A stretch of 64,000 nucleotides of DNA from Neovahlkampfia damariscottae (GCA_016618085.1 JABLTG010000034.1:1-64000), one strand, 5' to 3'. Numbered from the stretch's first letter, positions 34,081 to 47,400 are shown. A program made the numbers and translations. The notes: generated from the letters alone by a model not told the origin.

Positions 34081-35061
34081 ATGGGAAAAAAAACAAAACA
34101 AAAGAAAGAGATAAAACAAACTGATAAAGTTCAAAAGGTTGAAAAAAAGAAGAAAGAAATAGCACCAATCGATAAAGTAGTTGAAAAAATAGCACAAACT
34201 GATTCAAAAAAAGTTGTTGAAAAAAAGAAAAAACCAGCAACAAAAGCACCAGTTGAAAAAGTGGTTGAAAATAAAGATATTTCTAAAGAAGAAGAAGGAA
34301 AAGTTAAATCTAAAATTTTGTTAAAAGATTTAACAATGGACGTGACAACAGATGACATTTCAAAAGCATGTTCGACATTTGGAAAAGTAAAAAAAGCTCA
34401 AAAAATTTCAGAAAAAGAAGGAATCATAATTTTTGAGGATGATGCTTCTTATAAAAAAGCATTAGAAGCAAAAACAGTAACTGTTGGAAAATTACAATCA
34501 AAAATATCAGCTGTAGTTAAAAAAGATAAAGATAATTATTCAATTGAAGTATCAGATTTACCAATGGAAATTGAAGAAGCAACATTGAAAAAATATTTGA
34601 CAGAATTGGGTAAAATCAAAAGTATCATATTTCTTGGTAGAACAAACACAAAAGCTGCATTTGTTACATTTACACAGAAATTAAATGAATCAAAAGTATT
34701 AGAATATGATAAGGCTACAATTGAAGGAAACGTTGTTTCAATTCGTCTTCTTACTTCACAAGATAAAAGTGTTTTTGTTACAAAAATATCACCAACTACA
34801 ACAGAAGAAGTTTTAAAAGAATACTTTTCAGAAGCAGGTGAAATTGTTAGTGTTACAAAAACTTCAAATTTTTCTGCTACAGTCACTTTTAAAGATTATG
34901 AATCAGTAAAAGAAATTTTAGAATATAATGGAGCTGATATTGAAGGAAGACCTGTTTCAATTTTTAGAGAAGTACCTAGATTTTTCTCTTCAAATAACAA
35001 AGGAAGAGGTGGTAGTAGAGGTGGAAGAGGAGGTGCAAGAGGTGGAAGAGGAAGATTCTAA
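34081..35061 (+). CDS. Nucleolin/Nsr1-like RNA-binding protein (3 RRMs + RGG tail)
   Basis: Lys-rich N-terminus, three RRM-like units, C-terminal GRGGSRGGRGGARGGRGRF. Confidence 0.8.
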   Translation: MGKKTKQKKEIKQTDKVQKVEKKKKEIAPIDKVVEKIAQTDSKKVVEKKKKPATKAPVEKVVENKDISKEEEGKVKSKILLKDLTMDVTTDDISKACSTFGKVKKAQKISEKEGIIIFEDDASYKKALEAKTVTVGKLQSKISAVVKKDKDNYSIEVSDLPMEIEEATLKKYLTELGKIKSIIFLGRTNTKAAFVTFTQKLNESKVLEYDKATIEGNVVSIRLLTSQDKSVFVTKISPTTTEEVLKEYFSEAGEIVSVTKTSNFSATVTFKDYESVKEILEYNGADIEGRPVSIFREVPRFFSSNNKGRGGSRGGRGGARGGRGRF

Positions 35062-35071
35062 AATAAAATTA

Positions 35072-35296
35072 TTATTTTGTTTCTTGACTATTTTCAATTT
35101 CTGATATTCCTAAAGTCTCAACCATTGAATTTTGGTTTGCATCTAATATTTCTGGTTCTACATTGGATTCTGGAGAAACACTTTCAGTTTTTACAAATTC
35201 TTCTAAAGTTTTTTTTATTTCTTCTTCATTACCATCACAATAAACCAAAGAAATTAAAACAAAAAATAACAACAAGAGTAAACCTGTTCTTTTCAT
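35072..35296 (-). CDS. Small secreted acidic peptide (74 aa)
   Basis: Clear signal peptide MKRTGLLLLLFFVLISLVYC; CCAATCA on the minus strand near 35320. Confidence 0.6.
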   Translation of the reverse strand: MKRTGLLLLLFFVLISLVYCDGNEEEIKKTLEEFVKTESVSPESNVEPEILDANQNSMVETLGISEIENSQETK

Positions 35297-35353
35297 TTTG
35301 ATAAAAAGAAAAATGGATTTGATTGGATAAAAAATATGTCAAAAAAATATAAT

Positions 35354-38300
35354 TTATAATTCATCAATATTTGGTCCTTTAAATTTTGGTTGTAAAGAAG
35401 CAACCTTTGAAAGTTCAAATAAAACAGCTATTAATTCATTTATAGTTTCATCATTCACTGTCAACACATCAGATTTTACACCAAATTTTTCAATTTGATT
35501 TTTAAAAGTCACAACATTTTCATTTTCCATCCAATCTAAACCTCTTGGATTCTTATTATATGCAACAAATCTTCCTTTGATCTTTGCACTAAGTTCACAA
35601 AGAAGTACACCATCCTTTAATGAAGAAACAAAGTCATCTCCATTTTCAAATTTTTTCTTTGTCACTTTTTCAATCCATTTTTTGATCAAAGATTTTTGAT
35701 CTTTTGAAAATTTTGGATGATTTTTTTTAACTTTTTTATCTTCATCATTTTCATCATCTTCATCATTCTTTTTTAATTTTGATCTTGATCTAGCTGATTT
35801 TAATGGTTTAACATCATCTTCATCAGATGAATCCTTTTTTAATTTTGGTTTAGATCTAGCTGATTTTAATGGTCTATCTTCATCAGAATCAATATCTTTT
35901 TTCATTCTTCTTGATGATCTTGCAGATGTTAATGGTTTTAATTCATCTTCATCTTCATCTGATAAATCAATCACTTTTTTCAATTTTAATTTTGATCTTG
36001 CAGATTTTAATGGTTTATGTTCATCATCTGAATCAGAATCTTTTTTTGATTTTGTTGATCTTGCAGATTTTAATGGTTTTAATACTTCATCATCTGAATC
36101 AATTTCTTTTTTCTTTTTTTTTAATTGTTTAATTTCATTTTCATGTTCATTCTTCAAACTTTTAATAATTTGTTCATTTGCATCATTCAAATTTTTAATT
36201 TGATTTTCAAAATTATCTTTAATTTCAAATATTTTTTCATTCATTTCATGTTCAATTATTGTATCATTTTGAATCTTTACATTTTGAATATCATTTTCAA
36301 ATTTCTCTTTTTGATTTTTTATGTCTTGTGTTAATTTTCTCAATTTTTCTTTTAATGATTCAATTTCTTCATTTTTTTCTTCATTTTTTAATTCAATCTC
36401 TTTAAATGAAGAGTTTAAATTCTTTAATTTTGATTTTAATGAAATTTCTTCTTTTTCTGTTTCAAGTAATGTTTCTTCTAAATTTTCATTTTCTCTTTTT
36501 AATTTTCTAATTTCTTCCCATTTTGATTTATTTTCATTTTCTAATTCTTTATTTACCTTCAAATTTTCATTTTCTTCTTTTAATTTTTTCATCTTCTCTT
36601 CACTTTTTTCAATATTTTTTAATTTCTTTTCTTCTTCTTGTTTAATTTTTAATTCATTTTCAATTCTTAAATTTTCAATTTCCTTTTTCATTTCTTCATT
36701 CAAATTTTCTTTTTCTTTTTTAAATTTTTCATTTAATCTTGATTTCAATTCTTTAATTTCAATTTCATGTTTCTTTTTATTTTCTTTAATTTCATCTTTT
36801 AATTTATCAATCTCTTCTGATAAATCTGATGAAGAACCCCAGGTTGAATTTGTTGATAATTTTAATTGTTCTTCTTTTAATTTTTCAATTTCTTTTTCTA
36901 AATTTTCTTTTTTTCTCATTAAATCTTCATATTCTTCTTGCTCTTTGGAAATTTTATCTTTCATAGTAGAAATTGATTTTGAATTTTCATCTGTTTCATT
37001 TTTTGATTTTTGAGCCCATTTCGTTAATTTTATTTTCCAATCTTCTAAACTTGTTCCATGAAGCAATTTTGAATTTTGTTCAACATTAGAATCATTTGGA
37101 AATACTCTTTTTGATAATGATTCAGGTAATATCATTCTAATATGTTCAGGAGTTTTTAATCCTTTTAAACTCACTTCTCCCATATCTTTAATAAATATTG
37201 GATAATTAAATTCATTTTNNNNNNNNNNNNNNNNNNNNNNNNNNNNNNNNNNNNNNNNNNNNNNNNNNNNNNNNNNNNNNNNNNNNNNNNNNNNNNNNNN
37301 NNNNNNNNNNNNNNNNAATCATTTGGAAATACTCTTTTTGATAATGATTCAGGTAATATCATTCTAATATGTTCAGGAGTTTTTAATCCTTTTAAACTCA
37401 CTTCTCCCATATCTTTAATAAATATTGGATAATTAAATTCATTTTGTTTATCTTTAATTTTTTGATATGTTGAATCTGAAATAACAATCATTCCTCCTTT
37501 AGCTTTAGATTCAACTCTTGCTGATCTATTTACCATTGGACCAAAATAATCTTCTCTATCAGTTGTTGGATCAACTTCAACAATTGGAAATCCTGTATGA
37601 ATTCCCATTCTTACTCTAAATCCTTTAAATACTTCTTCATTTTTATCATTTTTTTCAATTTGACCAGATTTATGTTTAAATACTTCTTCAGGCCAATTTG
37701 CTTTCATTAAACGAATTTGAACTAAAAGAGCAAAGTTAATAGCTTCCATTGCAGAATCAAATGCACACATAAATGCATCACCTTCTGTTTTAACTTCAAA
37801 TCCATTTGTTTCTTCAATAACTTTTCTAATTTCTTGATTATGTATTTTCAATGATTGTTGCATCACAGAAGAACTCATTTCCCATAATGAAGTTGAATCT
37901 TGAACATCAGTAAATACCAAAGTAACTTCACCATAAGGTCCTTTTCTCCCTTTGTTGATATGTTCTTTATCATTTTCATGAAAGTTCAATTGATCTTCAA
38001 CCAATTTCAGTTTATTTTTCAATTCTAATTCATTCTTTTGAAGTTCTTCATTTTTTTCTTTCAATTTTTCCAAAGATTCATTATATTGACTCATTGTGCT
38101 CTTTGATTGTTGAACTAAAATATTTTGATTATCAATTTCCATTTGAATCATTTTCATGTTTGCTTCATTTTTTACCTTTTGTAACTTGATTTCAAAATCA
38201 GATTTATCTTTTTCAAGTTTTTCTTTTAATCCAATGATTTCAACTTCAAATTGTTTTGATTTGTTATCCATTTCATCTTTATTGTTTAAATTACTAGTAT

Positions 38301-41300
38301 TCATCAATAATTTTTTTTCATTTTCTAAATTTGTTGCATCAAGTAAATCATTCAATTTTGAAATTTCTTTTTCGTGTTGAGAGGTTAACCTGTCATATGT
38401 CAGTTTATATTTTTCTTCATTGTCTGATAGTAACTCTCTTAAGTTTTCAATTTCCATTTGAAGATCATAAATTGATTCATCATTCTTCTTTGATTTATCC
38501 ATATTTTTCATTAAATCATCAACTTGTGAAGATAAATTTTTTTGTTTTTCAATTGATGAGTTCATTTTTATTTTAGTTTCATTCAGATTTTCAGTTTTTT
38601 CAAAGATTGTCTTTTTATTTTCATCAATCCTTTCTTTAAGAGAATTTGATTCGGTTTCAAATTGATTTCTTAATTTCTCAAAATCACTCAATGTTGATAC
38701 TTTTGGTTTTTCAACAATTGGTTCATCTGGAAACTTTCTTTTTGACAAAGCTTTTGGAAGGATCATTCGAATATGTTCTGGTTCTTTTAACCCTTTCAAA
38801 CTGACTTCTCCCATATCTTTCATGAATACAGGAAAAATAAAGTTTGATTGATCATCTTTTACTTTTTGATATGTTGAATCTGAAATAACAATCATTCCTC
38901 CTTTAGCTTTAGATTCAACTCTTGCTGATTTGTTAACCATTGGACCAAAATAATCTTCTCTATCAGTTGTTGGATCAACTTCAACAATTGGTGAACCAGT
39001 GTGAATTCCCATTCTTACTCTGAATCCTTTGAATGTTGTTTTATCTTCGTCATCCTTTTCAATTTTTCCAGATTTATGTTTAAATACTTCTTCAGGCCAA
39101 TTTGCTTCCATTAAACGAATTTGAACTAAAAGAGCAAAGTTAATAGCTTCTATTGCAGAATCAAATGCACACATAAATGCATCACCTTCTGTTTTAACTT
39201 CAAATCCATTTGTTTCTTCAATAACTTTTCTAATTTCTTGATTATGTATTTTCAATGATTTTTGCATCACAGAAGAACTCATTTCCCATAATGAAGTTGA
39301 ATCTTGAACATCAGTAAATACCAAAGTAACTTCACCATAAGGACCTTTTCTCCCTTTTTTAAATTGATATTTCTCCTTTTCATAAAATTTCAATTGGTCT
39401 TCAAGGAGTTGTAATTGATTTTGTAATTCGGATTCTCTTTGTTGAAGTTTTCGATTTTGTTCATTCGCTTCATTGATTTGTCTATTAAAATCAAGAATTG
39501 AATTTTGAAATTGATCAATAATCTGCTGTTGTTGTTCAAGTTTTAAATTGATAATTTTCATTTTTGACTCATTTTGAAATTTCTCTAAAGTTGTTTGAAA
39601 ATTTTCAGTTTCATCATTCAATTTCTTTTTAGTTTCCAAGTACTTATTTTCAATTTCTTCTTTTTTACCCTTTTCTCTGGAAACTACTTTATCTTTTTCA
39701 GTTAATTGATCTTTTAATTTTTCATATTCATATTTCAAATCAGATATTGATGTTTCATTTGTTTTTGGTGTAAATTTTTCTTGTTCTTTTTTAATATCTT
39801 CAAATTCTTTGGTCATTTGACTAACCCTTTCAGTCAATGTTTTGATTTCACTTTGTTTTTTTAAGATTGCCCAATTAGTTTTTTGAATTTTTGAATTATT
39901 CTCTTCAGATTGTTTCTTAACAATACTATTCTCTTTTTGAATATTTGATTTCAAATTTTTTAAATCTCCTTCATTCATTTTTTGTGTTGTAGTTTTAACT
40001 TCATCATTTGGAAATACTCTTTTTGATAATGATTCAGGTAATATCATTCTAATATGTTCAGGAGTTTTTAATCCTTTTAAACTCACTTCTCCCATATCTT
40101 TAATAAATATTGGATAATTAAATTCATTTTGTTTATCTTTAATTTTTTGATATGTTGAATCTGAAATAACAATCATTCCTCCTTTAGCTTTAGATTCAAC
40201 TCTTGCTGATCTATTTACCATTGGACCAAAATAATCTTCTCTATCAGTTGTTGGATCAACTTCAACAATTGGAAATCCTGTATGAATTCCCATTCTTACT
40301 CTAAATCCTTTAAATACTTCTTCATTTTTATCATTTTTTTCAATTTGACCAGATTTATGTTTAAATACTTCTTCAGGCCAATTTGCTTTCATTAAACGAA
40401 TTTGAACTAAAAGAGCAAAGTTAATAGCTTCCATTGCAGAATCAAATGCACACATAAATGCATCACCTTCTGTTTTAACTTCAAATCCATTTGTTTCTTC
40501 AATAACTTTTCTAATTTCTTGATTATGTATCTTCAATGATTTTTGCATGATTGGTGAACTCATTTCCCATAATGAAGTTGAATCTTGAACATCAGTAAAT
40601 ACCAAAGTAACTTCACCATAAGGTCCTTTTCTTCCCTTTTTAATTTGATTTTTATCTAAATCTAAAAATTTTAATTGATCTTCAACTAATTTTAATTTAT
40701 TTTGTAATAAATCTTCTTTTTCTTGAAGTTTTCTGTTTCTTTCTTCAAGTAAAGATAAAGAATGATTAAAATCAATAATTGCTTGTTGAGATTCTTCCAT
40801 TTCTTTTTTTTGATTTTCAATTTCCACATTCATAACTTTTAATTTTGATTCACTTCTAATTTTATTCAAATTTATTTCAAATGCTTGAATTTCATTTTCT
40901 AATTTTGAATGTGTATCTTCTAATTTTTTTTCTAAAATTGATTTTTCAAATTTTAATTTTTGTAATTCTTCTTTAATTGAATCAACATCAAAATTATTTT
41001 TATTTTGATCATTCATTAAATCTTTTTCAATTTCATCATCTTCAATAATTTCTTTTTTTTTTGGAGATGTAAAAATATCAACAATTTCAACTGATTTTGG
41101 TGATTTTAAAGCAGCAAAACTTGTTGTTCTTGCACTCTTAAAACTATTATTATTATTCTTCTTAAAAGAAAAACTTAAATTCAAATTCTTAACAATAGTT
41201 GTAATATTCTTTTTATAGTATTCATAATAATATGATAAATAAGTAATAATTGATAATTCTTCAGGTGAATTAGTAATTACTTCAGGTTCAATAATACTTG

Positions 41301-42033
41301 GTATTTTAAATGTTTCTTTGGCAATTTTAATAGCATCTTTATTCAATTCTAAACATATTTTTGAATCTTTCTTTTTTGATTTTTCTAAAACTTCTTCCAT
41401 GTCTACAATTGAAGAATCAAAAGCTGCTAATAAAGCATTTAAAGGAACTCCAGATGAAAATGATGTGGTGAAATTATCAATTTTATAATCATATTTATCA
41501 CAAATATCACGTACAAATGTCATTAATTGTTCTTTTATATTCTTATTTTCATTACCAAATATTTGGAATTGAAAGTGTAATATAACTCTCCAAATTAATC
41601 CAAGAAGTAATTTTGTATTTCCATCAGCAATATCTTTTGCACTACAAAATTTGGTTTCTAATCCTTTATCCTTCATTACATCCAATGCTATAGTTATATT
41701 GTTCTTGTTTAAATTAAACAAAAAAGTATATCTTACTTGTCTATGTAAAGGGTGTGTAGCATTTACTTTTGGTTTTTTAGGTAAAGGTTCTTTAGTTAAC
41801 ATTTCAATTAAAAGACATAATTTGGTTCCGTCAGTCAATTCTTCCAGACCAGAAATATATTCGTTTTTTTCGATTAAAATACTGTTAATCCAGGATGTGA
41901 ATGCCTTTTTTATTAGTAATGTATTTGGGTACTGCCTTTTGTGTCTCAATCCACTGTCCTTCGTCAACTTTATTACCAAACATGAACTTTTGTTTAATTG
42001 GCTTAGTTCAATTCTGGTATTTAGAATTGCCAT
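35354..42033 (-). CDS. Soluble adenylate cyclase with N-terminal tandem CH (actin-binding) domains, three class III cyclase domains, coiled coils and a C-terminal CH domain
   Basis: KAFTSWIN, LTDGTKL, DIADGNTKLLLGLIWRVILHFQ and NFTTSFSSG (alpha-actinin-type ABD). Three copies of VFTDVQDST/VKTEGDAFM/RVRMGIHTG/DYFGPMVN.SAR. C-terminal SLKDGVLLCEL. Interrupted by an N gap. Confidence 0.85.
35770..36100 (-). repeat. Coding tandem repeat (acidic stretch + K/R-PL-K/T-SARS), five copies
   Basis: DSDDEVLKPLKSARS, DSDDEHKPLKSARS, DEDELKPLTSARS, DSDEDRPLKSARS, DEDDVKPLKSARS. Confidence 0.85.
37219..37316. other. Assembly gap (N run)
   Basis: Run of n bases; the left flank 37090-37218 repeats the right flank starting at 37317. 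Confidence 0.98.
37317..40640 (-). repeat. Three near-identical ~630-bp cyclase-domain repeats (about 37317-37950, 38725-39360, 40005-40640)
   Basis: Long stretches of nucleotide identity between copies are visible directly. Confidence 0.92.
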
Positions 42034-42177
42034 TTCTAGACATGAAAGAAAATGATTTTGATTTCCAGAGTATTTGCTCGATGTGAATGTCCCAATCTAA
42101 TCCTTAAAATCATCAGAGGAAAAACGAATTTTATTGGACATTCAACCCAAACAGAAATTGAAGAATTCACCAAACGG

Positions 42178-44409
42178 ATGAAAGAAAAATTAATTTATTT
42201 TTATACACTTCTAATAGTGTTATTTTTGCTATTTTTGAAGATAATAATTTCAAACAGCGGAAAGATTGATGAAAATTCTATTCAAAATAAAAAAGTAGTT
42301 GTCCATGTCGCCAGAGAATATGAAAAACTTGTTTTATATGGTGGATTAGGTTCTGTACTTGGATCTTTAACGACATATCAGAGTAAATCTGATTTTTTGG
42401 AGCCTTGGATTGTTCTACCTCTATATAAATTTATTGAAATTACAAACGATGAATTCTTCACTGAAATTACTGTAACGTATGATGACAAGAAAATACAAGT
42501 TCCAATTTATCAAAAACAATTTGGAGGAGTAAAAGTATTCTTAATTGGAGAAGGAGATGAATATCCTTTTAATCAAGTTTTTGATACAACTCTACAGAAA
42601 TTATATGCTACTCCAGAAGGAATATCATCAAGTTTAAGAGAAGGTAAAATATAAATTTCATTCATATATGATAGGTTTCTTTTCTGTTTGTACAGCTAAA
42701 TTGATAATTAAATTATGGAAAGGAAATTTTGAAAATCATTTTGATTTTCAGGGTAAAAAAATAGATTTTGTACATGTTCATGGGTAATATAAGAAATAAG
42801 AATTTAATTTTTTAGATCAACAAATGGATTAATTGTACCTTTACTTCATTTTTCAATGGGTAAAACACTTCGACCAAGTATAATTTATACAATGCATGAT
42901 TATTCATCTGAACCATGGTCTCTAATTAAAAAAAAAGATTTAGAATTATTTTCTATTCAAATTCCAAATGAAATTAATTTTAAATCAAATGTAGTTTCAA
43001 TTTCACCAATTGGACTTTCTAATTCAGATGCAATTACATGTGTTTCTAAAACAATGAGAGAAGAAATAGTGAATGGAGTTGTATATTTTGCATATAGAGA
43101 TTTAATTTTAAAAAAAAAAGAAATCTTTTCAGGAGTTCCAAATGCAGTAGCAGATGAAATGCAACCATTTAATCATATTCAATTAAAAAAAGAAGGATTT
43201 CAATTTAAAGAAGGAGAATCAATTTTAAATTGGAAAGAAAAAGTTAAAAAATATTTATGGACTAAAAAAGTAATACCTGGTATTTCAACTGATTATGATT
43301 CATTTATGAATAAACCAATTGTATTATTTATTGGTAGATTTGAAATGGATAAAGGTATTGAATTTTTTAGTTTAGTTTCATCAATGACATCATCATTACA
43401 ATTTAATTTTATTATCATGGGTTATTATCCACCAAATAATAATTGGGCAAAAGATACTATTTCATTATTAAAAGGAAAAGAAAATGTTTTTATTATTGAA
43501 GAAAAATCATTTCAAAAAAAATTTGGAATATTTTTTAGAGTTATTGCTGATTTTTATTTTATACCTTCAAAAAAAGAAGGTTTTGGTTTAGTTGCTGCTG
43601 AAAGTCAATCTATGGGTTCAATACCAATTTCATCAAATGTTGGTGGTTTAAAAGATATTATAAAATCAGAATCATTAAATTCTAATAATTGGAATGGTTT
43701 TATGTTTAATATTGATCAACATGAAGAATTAACATTCTTTAATATTAAAAATACATTTACAAGAGCATTAAAAATATTCAGGGAATTATCAAAAAGTGAA
43801 AAAGAAATTCGTTTAAAAAAGATAATGGATCAATCACCAAAATGGTCAAATTCATTGAAATTATATTGGAATGTTTATAAAAATGCAGAAAAAAGAAAAT
43901 CTTCTTTACAACCAAATTTTGGTTCTCATTCAAATTTTAGAAAATTTTTTACTGAAAATATTGCAAAGAATCCATCTTTTGAAAATACAAATCCATCTCA
44001 AGAATGGTTAGCATTTGTATCAGGGTTTAAATTCTCTAAAAATGGAAGATCTTCAAATTGTATAAAAATGAAAAATGAACATAAAAATGATAAAAGAGGA
44101 GCATTTCAAGAAATATTCTTACAACAAAAAAAACCAAAATCAATTTTAATATCTGGTTGGTCAAAAGCACAAGATGTTTCAGGTAAAATGGATAAAGATT
44201 ACTCAATTTATGTTGATATTGTATTCCAAAGTAATCAAAATGTTTTAGGTTTTCATTCAAGTTTTGATGTTGAATCACATCCATGGCAATATAAAGAATT
44301 GTGGTTGCATTTTGATCAACCTATAAAATCAATTGTTTTAACTTTAATGTTCAAGCATCACACTGGAATTGTTTATTTTGATGATATCCAAGTTAGAGAA
44401 TTAATGTAA
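42178..44409 (+). CDS. GT5 (glycogen/starch synthase-like) glycosyltransferase with an N-terminal membrane anchor and a C-terminal carbohydrate-binding-like domain
   Basis: YGGLGSV, vLPLY, DFVHVH, YTMHD, CVS, FIGRFEMDKG, PSKKEGFGL, VGGLKD; C-terminal NPSFE...VYFDDIQV beta-sandwich; two introns. Confidence 0.85.
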
Positions 44410-44485
44410 AATCAATTGATCACGAATGTGTCAATTTAGAAATGGCAAGAAATGAATTGAACATTTCCGAAACAAAAATAAAACT

Positions 44486-47400
44486 TTATTTTTTAAAGAT
44501 GAAAATTAAAATTTTTTCATAAATGTATCCGATTGAAATGTTCAAAAATAAAACCAAATAAAGTGTATTTTTAAATTCCAAAGGTAAAGGAGTCAATTCC
44601 ATTAAATTATTAATTTCAGGTGATAATTCAATAATTAATAATAACATACCAACTGTTGCCATTGATAACATTGAAAATAAACCTCTATTCTCAGTGATAC
44701 TTGACATAAAAGGATGACCCTTATAATTATTAAAAAATGTGAAAAGTGTTTGTGTTGTTGAAACTAAAAAGACAACAGAGTTTAAAATATTTGGTTTAAA
44801 ATCCGATTCTGGATCAATTTTTAAATCAATTGGAATGAATGTCTTTGCTAAATTTGATAAATAAATTAAACAAATTAAATTTAAAATGAATTGACCTAAT
44901 ATTGATAAAAGAACATATGGTGAAAATATTGAAGAATGAGGTCTTTCAGATGATAATTTTTCAAGAGATTCTGATCTTGAAATGAATAAAAAGATAATTG
45001 CAATAAATAATCCTGAGTACATCATTTGTAAATCACCAAATTTAATTCCTTCCATATATTGAACACTTAATGAATAAGCGGAAATTAAAGAATTAATTGC
45101 AAGAATTTTATACCTAATAATAATTAAAGATAAAAAAAAGTTCTTACATTTGAATTGTAGTAACCAATGCACATCTACCTTGTCTAATGATATGTGATGT
45201 TGATAGAATAGAAGATGTTTTTGATGTAAATGGAGATGCAATTGAAGCATCTCCTAAACGAACAACACCACTTTCTTCTTCTTGTAAATCTTTTAATAAA
45301 TCATTTAAATTATTATTTGTTGTTGATGTATTTTTTTTTTCAATTTTTTTTTGAATTTTTTTTATATCTTTTTTTAAATCTATTGATGATGATGATTTAT
45401 TTTGTGATTTTTTAAATAAAGAATTCCATTGTTTATCTGAAATATCATCTAATAAAGCAACACCAACATCAGATTGTTTTAATGCACCAACATCATTTGT
45501 ACCATCACCACACATTAAAGTTGATAAATTATTTTCTTTTAATTTTGTTAAAATTAATTGTTTTTGATCAGGTGAAACACGTGCATAAATTTTAATTTTA
45601 TCAACAAAATTTTTCAAAAAATTTGAATCATTTTGAACAACTAATGAAAGTATATCACCTGAAATACCTAAATCATATTTATTTTCATCAATATTTTCAA
45701 TTGGTTCATCATTTTCATTTAACCAATGAAATTCATTCTTTTCATTTTTTGATAAAATTAGAAATTCATTTTGAATAATCTTTAACTCTTTTCCTACATG
45801 CTCTGCAGTTAAAATATTATCACCTGTAATCATTATAACTTTATGTGAAGATTGAATTAAATTTTGAATTGTTTCAAATGTATCTTTTTTAATATCCGAA
45901 TGAAATATTGCAAAACCACAAAAATTTAAATCTTTTTCAACTTCATTTCTTGACATTGAAATTGAATTATTTTTCATTTTTTTTATACCTAATGCAATTA
46001 CACGTGATCCATTTTTCATGTATGATTTATATAATTCATCATAATCTTTTGGTATAGATTCAATGGAAAACATATCTTTTAATATTTCAGGAGCTCCTTT
46101 TGTTAAAATAAAATAATCTTTTTCAAATGAAATAATGGATGACATTCTTTTTAATTCACTTGAAAATTGAAATCTTTTTAAAATTTTAAATTTCTTTTTT
46201 GTTAAATTATTTATCAAAACATCTCTTTCTTTTGTTGAAAATGAATAATCACCTGATCCATTTAAACCTGCTAATTCCATTGGATCACCAATAATTTCAC
46301 CATTTAATGATATTAATGAATTACATCCACTCAATACTAATTTAGCATCTGAATTCACTTTTTTCATTTTATCTTCTTTATTTGAATATACTCCTTTTAA
46401 TATCATTTTATCAGATGTTAATGTACCTGTTTTATCAAAACAACAAATTTCAACTTTTCCTGCTATTGGTATTCTAAATGGTTCAGTACAAAATATACCT
46501 AATTTTGATAAAATCATTAATGAATTATTAACAGCTTATTAAAGAATCAAATATAATAAATATATTTACCTAAAGTTAATTCCATTGGTAATTCTGGTGG
46601 AACAACAGATGTAATAATCATAACACAATTTAATATTAATTTAAATAAATTTCTTTTTTCATTTAATCCAGTAATTAAAACATAAACTGAAGATATAATT
46701 GCAAATATTAATAAAATTAAAATGAATAATAATGCTTCTCTATTATTTGCAGTAACTCTTTCATTTGAAAATAATATTGTTCTTATTAATTTTCCTTGTG
46801 ATGTTTCAAAACCTGTTCTTAAAACAAATCCTAATGATTCTGATTCATTTGGTGTCTTTTCACTATTTTCACTTAATAATACTCTTGTTCCAGAAAATAT
46901 AATATTTTTTGAATACTTTTTCATATTTAATGTTTCATTTAATTTAATTTCATCATTATTTCTCTTATTTATTAATTCAATTTGATTTATATTTTCTTTC
47001 ATTTGAGGTGTTGATTCACCTGTTAATAAAGCTTCATTTACAACACATTTACCATCTAATAATAAAATATCACATGGTGAAACTTCATTTTCATTCATTT
47101 TATAAATTGAAATTAAATCATTTGGTAATATTTCATCAGTCATTATTTTAATCCATTTCTTTTTTCTAAAAACTGAAATTAATTTTGGTTCAGGTGACAT
47201 TGATCTAATCATATTAATATTTCTAAATCTTTGTGATGCTACCATAATTTCAAATAAAAATAACATCACTAAAGTAAATAATGAATAATACCAATATTCA
47301 TCTAACATCCATAAAAAAACACAAAATATTTGAAATATAAAAAATGGTTGAATTGCTTGTTCTTTGACTAAATCAATTAATTTTGGTATTGGTATAATTA

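Noticed and set aside
35770..36100. Spaced direct repeats superficially like a CRISPR array
   Set aside because: The repeats are degenerate, in frame and encode a peptide motif within a eukaryotic CDS; no cas genes are present.
36321..37013. 230-aa F/S/L-rich plus-strand ORF, and similar ORFs at 51964-52209, 53414-53731 and 60828-63557
   Set aside because: Antisense shadows of K/E-rich coiled-coil coding sequence.
37090..37218. A fourth cyclase domain or a separate 609-aa gene at 35354..37183
   Set aside because: Best explained as a duplicated contig overlap at the N gap; the 609-aa ORF is the C-terminal part of the cyclase gene.
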